DNA of 63,246 nucleotides, filler included. It is 3 parts of 3 records of this genome, joined end to end, with 100 filler letters (N's around TTAATTAATTAA, not from the genome) between each part and the next. Parts side by side here need not be neighbours in the genome. Positions count along the whole stretch, not along the records: positions 57,930 to 63,246 come from SRR20825006_2884; 2 more parts are not named here. One strand, written 5' to 3'. Position 1 is the first letter of the stretch. The number at the start of each line of letters is the position of its first letter. Below are positions 59,371-63,246 of the stretch, piece by piece. A program made the translations under genes and the position numbers. The notes under the pieces were generated by a model, which ran no database searches, was not told the origin of the DNA, and saw only the letters and a list, made by a program, of their open reading frames with translations.

Positions 59371-60408
59371 TTATGCAAATAATGGCGGGTTTAGTCGGGC
59401 GAAGCCTTCCTGGATGTAATAAGGGTAATGCGGGTAGGGTGGTTGCCTTTTGCTGACGGCATCAAGGCGGGCAATTTGTTCGCTGGAAAGAGACCAGCCA
59501 ACCGCACCCAGATTGTCGCGCAATTGCTGTTCATTGCGTGCCCCGATAATCAAAGATGCCACCGTAGGGCGGTGCAGCAGCCAGTTGATGGCAATCTGTG
59601 GGACGGTTTTGCCGGTTTCGGCACTTAGTTCATCAAGCACATCGACAATGTCATAGAGATGGTCTTCATCAACCGGCGGGCCGAATTGTGCGGTTTCATG
59701 CAGGCGGCTGCCATCAGGGATCGGCGTGCCGCGGCGGATTTTACCGGTCAACCGGCCCCAGCCCAAGGGGCTCCAGACCAGTGCGCCAAGTCCCTGATCC
59801 TGCGCCAGCGGCATCAGGTCCCATTCGTAATCGCGCCCGACCAGTGAATAGTAAACCTGATGGGCGACATAGCGGCTGTAACCAAGGTGATCAGATACGG
59901 CGAGTGATTTCATGATCTGCCACCCGGCAAAATTTGAAACGCCGATATAACGCAGCTTCCCGGCGCGTACGAGGTCATCCAGCGTTGACAGGACTTCCTC
60001 GACCGGGGTGAAGGCGTCAAAGGCGTGAAGTTGCAGCAGATCAATGTAATCGGTCTCCAATCGTTTCAGGGCGGCATCGGTTGCCATGATCAGGCGGTGG
60101 CGCGAGGTGCCAAAGTCATTCGGGCCATCGCCAACCGGCAAGGCCAGTTTGGTCGACAGGATGATTTTGTCGCGGCGTCCTTTAATGGCTTCGCCCAGAA
60201 CCTGTTCGGACGCACCGTCGGAATAGACGTCGGCACTGTCGAACATGTTCAAGCCTGCTTCCAGGCTGATATCGATCATGCGGCTGGCTTCGCGGGCGTC
60301 AATTGTACCCCATGCACCGAACAGGGGACCCTGGCCGCCAAAGGTACCGGCCCCAAAGCTGAGTGCCGGGACACGCAAACCGGAATTCCCCAATTGTCTG
60401 TATTCCAT
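59371..60408 (-). CDS. Aldo/keto reductase
   Basis: LGNSGL, FDSADVYS, LKRLETDYIDL.QLH, GKLRYIGVSN, WSPLG; AAGGAG RBS. Confidence 0.93.
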   Translation of the reverse strand: MEYRQLGNSGLRVPALSFGAGTFGGQGPLFGAWGTIDAREASRMIDISLEAGLNMFDSADVYSDGASEQVLGEAIKGRRDKIILSTKLALPVGDGPNDFGTSRHRLIMATDAALKRLETDYIDLLQLHAFDAFTPVEEVLSTLDDLVRAGKLRYIGVSNFAGWQIMKSLAVSDHLGYSRYVAHQVYYSLVGRDYEWDLMPLAQDQGLGALVWSPLGWGRLTGKIRRGTPIPDGSRLHETAQFGPPVDEDHLYDIVDVLDELSAETGKTVPQIAINWLLHRPTVASLIIGARNEQQLRDNLGAVGWSLSSEQIARLDAVSKRQPPYPHYPYYIQEGFARLNPPLFA

Positions 60409-60511
60409 TGTTTTCTCCTTCACTGGAAATGGTTCATGGGGGGAATATGGACAAAGGATTTATTTTCAACTAGTAGTATCTTAAGAAGAAGATTTGTGAG
60501 TTGAATTCCAT

Positions 60512-61417
60512 ATGGCGCGACTTGAAGCCAACCGATCTGGAGAGATGGAAGTCTTTGTGCGTGTCGTCGAACGCGGCGGGTTTTCGTCTGCGTCCCGAGA
60601 TTTCAACATGACTCCATCGGCCGTCAGCAAGCTTGTCGGCCGGTTGGAAGATCGGCTGGGAACGCGGTTGTTCAATCGATCAACCCGCAAGCTGCATCTG
60701 ACATCCGAAGGGCAGCGTTTTTATGAGCGCGCGCTTGATATCATTGCGGATATTAATGAGGCAGAACAGGAAGTCGCGACCGCAATGGCACCGCGCGGGC
60801 GGTTGCGCGTAACGGCCAACGTGCCTGTCGGGTTGCATCGTCTTTTACCGTTGGTGCCGCTGTTTCGGGAACGGTATCCCGATATCACGCTGGACGTGAC
60901 AGTCAGCGACAAGGTGATGGACCTGTATGAGGAACGTGCCGATGTGGCGATCCGAAGTGGTCCGCTACAGTCATCCGGACTGATTGCGCGCAAGCTTGGG
61001 CAATGCCGGATGGCAATTGCCGCCTCACCGTCATATCTTGAAAAACACGGACGACCAACGACCGTGGATGCGCTGCAAAGCCATACATTGATCGGATACA
61101 ATTTTCAGCGTGTTCTTCCTGACTGGCCGTTTCGGGTAAACGGGCAGGACGTTTCGGTAACCCCGGGGGGTGTGTTTGACGTTGCGGATGCCGAAAGTGC
61201 GCGTCAGTTGGCCCTTGCAGGGGGCGGTATCGTGCGGCTTGCAAGGTTCCACATCGATGCGGAAGTCGCGGATGGCAGGCTTGAGGTTTTACTGGATGAA
61301 TTTTATCCCGGCGGCGGTGTCGATATTAACGCCGTTTATATTGGCGGGCGAGGGCATTTACCCGCCCGTGTTCGGGCATTTTTGGATTTCTGCGCCGAAA
61401 ACATCCGTCTGAATTGA
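60512..61417 (+). CDS. LysR family transcriptional regulator
   Basis: HTH (FSSA...TPSAVSK...LE..LG.RLFNRSTR) plus substrate-binding domain; divergent from the AKR gene. Confidence 0.93.
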   Translation: MARLEANRSGEMEVFVRVVERGGFSSASRDFNMTPSAVSKLVGRLEDRLGTRLFNRSTRKLHLTSEGQRFYERALDIIADINEAEQEVATAMAPRGRLRVTANVPVGLHRLLPLVPLFRERYPDITLDVTVSDKVMDLYEERADVAIRSGPLQSSGLIARKLGQCRMAIAASPSYLEKHGRPTTVDALQSHTLIGYNFQRVLPDWPFRVNGQDVSVTPGGVFDVADAESARQLALAGGGIVRLARFHIDAEVADGRLEVLLDEFYPGGGVDINAVYIGGRGHLPARVRAFLDFCAENIRLN

Positions 61418-61425
61418 AAAAACAC

Positions 61426-61500
61426 GCGTTGATTATTGCGGTGAACAAGTGGGGCGCGTTGCAGGACAAGGCCGATGAGATGTCGGTGCTCCTTTTCGCA
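61426..61500 (+). pseudogene. Decayed internal fragment of der (direct repeat of 58132 onward)
   Basis: 49/61 nt identity by manual alignment to 58132-58192, including an identical 19-mer ATTGCGGTGAACAAGTGGG; translates ALIIAVNKWGALQDKADEMS versus ALIIAVNKWDAVKDKSGVMS. Confidence 0.8.
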
Positions 61501-61618
61501 CATGGGGTCGTGCAAAACGGTTTGCAGTTTCGTTGATACGCTTGTCTCGTGGCATAGGCTTCTTTACAGTCGCAACGCTGCACCGTTTGGAGCCAAGCAA
61601 GCAACCTAAGGACTTTAT

Positions 61619-62107
61619 ATGCACCAGCATTTTTCTTTTACTCGCCCTTTGGGGCTATCCTTTGCCGTTGGAATCGCATTGGCGGTAGGATTTTGGGGTT
61701 TCGGTGTGGTTTGGGCGCAGAATGACACCAACGCCGGCGCTGCTAATATTGTTTATCCGGAAATGGATGCCCTGCGAGGTAAAAAGCTGTTTGCCGAGCG
61801 TGGTTGTGTTGTTTGCCACGCCGTGAATAATGTCGGCGGAGATATCGGACCGGGGTTTGATGCCAGCAATATCGATCAGTCATTAAACCCGTTCGATTTT
61901 TTTGCGCGGATGTGGCATGGCGCGGATGAGATGCTGCATTTGCAGCGCGCTGATCTTGGCTATCAGATTGATTTCAACGGTCAGGATCTGGCCGATATCT
62001 ATGCTTTCGCGCATGACAGAGAGGCACAGGAAAGCTTCACCGAGGATGATCTGAGCGACCGTATTCGTGAGATCATCGATAATGGTCCGTCGGTCACATT
62101 TGAATAG
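61619..62107 (+). CDS. Monoheme c-type cytochrome
   Basis: AAGGA RBS; signal/TM; GKKLF...GCVVCH heme motif, GP, MW. Confidence 0.85.
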   Translation: MHQHFSFTRPLGLSFAVGIALAVGFWGFGVVWAQNDTNAGAANIVYPEMDALRGKKLFAERGCVVCHAVNNVGGDIGPGFDASNIDQSLNPFDFFARMWHGADEMLHLQRADLGYQIDFNGQDLADIYAFAHDREAQESFTEDDLSDRIREIIDNGPSVTFE

Positions 62108-62132
62108 TAAGTCCCCGGATTACGCAAATACC

Positions 62133-62160
62133 AAAAAGGCCGGACATATGCCCGGCCTTT
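62133..62160. terminator. Rho-independent terminator between convergent genes
   Basis: AAAAAGGCCGG-ACATATGC-CCGGCCTTT. Confidence 0.78.
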
Positions 62161-62181
62161 GTCATTTCAGGTCACTTTGGC

Positions 62182-62895
62182 TTAGTATGCGTTGACGACC
62201 TCGGCATGTTTTGTGCAATCGGTTGCGGCCAGATCGACAAACACATCGGTGATGCTTTCAGCTGTCGGAAGGGTTTCCGGGTCTTCACCCGGATAGGCCT
62301 CTGCGCGCATCTTTGTGCGGATGCGGCCCGGATTGACCAGATTAACACGCAGGGGCGTTTCTTCGACTTCCTGGGCATAGGACAGCACCAGACTTTCCAG
62401 CGCGGCCTTGGTCGACGCATAAAGGCCCCAGAAAGCACGTCCCTTGGACGAGGCATTCGAGGTCACAAAGATCGCTCTACCGGCATCGGAAAGACGCAGA
62501 AGTTTATCGACACTGCGGATCAGGCGAAAATTCGCCGTGACATTCGTCGCATAAGTGTTTTCAAAAACCTGTGTATCGATATGGCCGACCGGGGCAAGTT
62601 CCCCCAGAAGACCGGCATTGCCAACGACGATATCAAGCTTGCCAAAGCGTTCATAGATCGATGCTCCCATGGCATCGATCTTTTCATACATGGTCAAATC
62701 CATGGGCAGCAAAACAAGTTTGCCGCCATCAGCCCGGATTTCATCATCAAGTTCTTCGAGCGCACCGACATTACGACCCAGCGCAATAACAGTGGCACCT
62801 TCGGCAGCAAAACGTTTTGCGACCGCGCGACCGATCCCGTGCGAGGCCCCTGTGATCAGGGCAACGCGGCCTTCAAGGCGCTTAGCATCACTCAT
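62182..62895 (-). CDS. SDR family oxidoreductase (YciK-like)
   Basis: TGASHGIG, NAG, YASTK, VNPG..RT.MR; overlaps the purF stop. Confidence 0.9.
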   Translation of the reverse strand: MSDAKRLEGRVALITGASHGIGRAVAKRFAAEGATVIALGRNVGALEELDDEIRADGGKLVLLPMDLTMYEKIDAMGASIYERFGKLDIVVGNAGLLGELAPVGHIDTQVFENTYATNVTANFRLIRSVDKLLRLSDAGRAIFVTSNASSKGRAFWGLYASTKAALESLVLSYAQEVEETPLRVNLVNPGRIRTKMRAEAYPGEDPETLPTAESITDVFVDLAATDCTKHAEVVNAY

Positions 62896-63246
62896 GCGGA
62901 CTGCCTTTCGACAAGCTGGCTAAGTTTGCGGTCCTTGTTTTCGGCCTGATGATCGACCAGACGGATCGGATAATCACCGGTGAAGCAGGCATCGCAGAAG
63001 GCCGGACTGTCATTGTCGCGTCCCGTGAGACCGGCTGCGCGATAAAGGCCGTCAATGGTGACAAAGGCAAGGCTGTCGACACCAATGATCTTTGCCATGC
63101 TTTCGATGTCGTGATTGGCCGCCATCAGTTTTTCCTTCGACGGTGTATCAACTCCATAGAAGCACGGATTGGTGGTCGGCGGGCTTGCGATGCGCATATG
63201 CACTTCGGCAGCACCAGCCTGACGGACCAGATCGACAATCTTGGTC
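62892..63246 (-). CDS. purF: Amidophosphoribosyltransferase, 3' part
   Basis: AGAAEVHMRIASPP, PCFYGVDTP, DSLAF, CDACFTGDYP. Confidence 0.95.
   Translation of the reverse strand, partial: TKIVDLVRQAGAAEVHMRIASPPTTNPCFYGVDTPSKEKLMAANHDIESMAKIIGVDSLAFVTIDGLYRAAGLTGRDNDSPAFCDACFTGDYPIRLVDHQAENKDRKLSQLVERQSA

Noticed and set aside
1..63246. CRISPR arrays, tRNA/rRNA, riboswitches, integrases, transposases, defence systems
   Set aside because: No spaced repeat arrays, cloverleaf sequences or matching protein motifs seen; intergenic gaps are mostly short

Overview
The window is not one locus. It is three unrelated contigs joined by artificial 100-nt spacers (N44-TTAATTAATTAA-N44 at 31488-31587 and 57830-57929). 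Contig A (1-31487) is a gammaproteobacterial housekeeping region, Methylophaga/Thiotrichales-like by my judgement. It carries alaC-hom-thrC, hemW/rdgB/rph/yicC, gmk-rpoZ-spoT-ridA-recG-ubiC-ubiA, comF and bioBFHCD, plus c-di-GMP genes and several hypothetical proteins. Contig B (31588-57829) is a higher-GC alphaproteobacterial region, Hyphomonadaceae-like: dapD, argB, engB, yidC, rnpA, rpmH, a DUF547-VTT-flavoprotein operon, hrpB, pyrD and the start of argG. Contig C (57930-63246) is another alphaproteobacterium, Thalassospira-like: the 3' part of der, a TlpA-family gene, an AKR/LysR pair, a cytochrome c, an SDR and the 3' part of purF. I found no tRNA, rRNA, CRISPR array, integrase or transposase. 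The most notable unannotated signals are: (1) a decayed second copy of part of der bracketing a 3.3-kb cargo block, suggesting integration into der with 3'-end replacement; (2) a secreted transthyretin/HIUase homologue that has lost every catalytic motif; (3) a ~62-bp TA-flanked miniature inverted-repeat element present three times at gene 3' ends; (4) a five-Cys insertion in ThrC; (5) a small soluble protein made of two chemoreceptor hairpin tips; (6) a 16-bp repeat of the yicC 3' end inside the adjacent diguanylate cyclase; (7) a solo serine resolvase with eroded catalytic residues. Taxonomic labels and family assignments come from motif recognition only, with no database searches.
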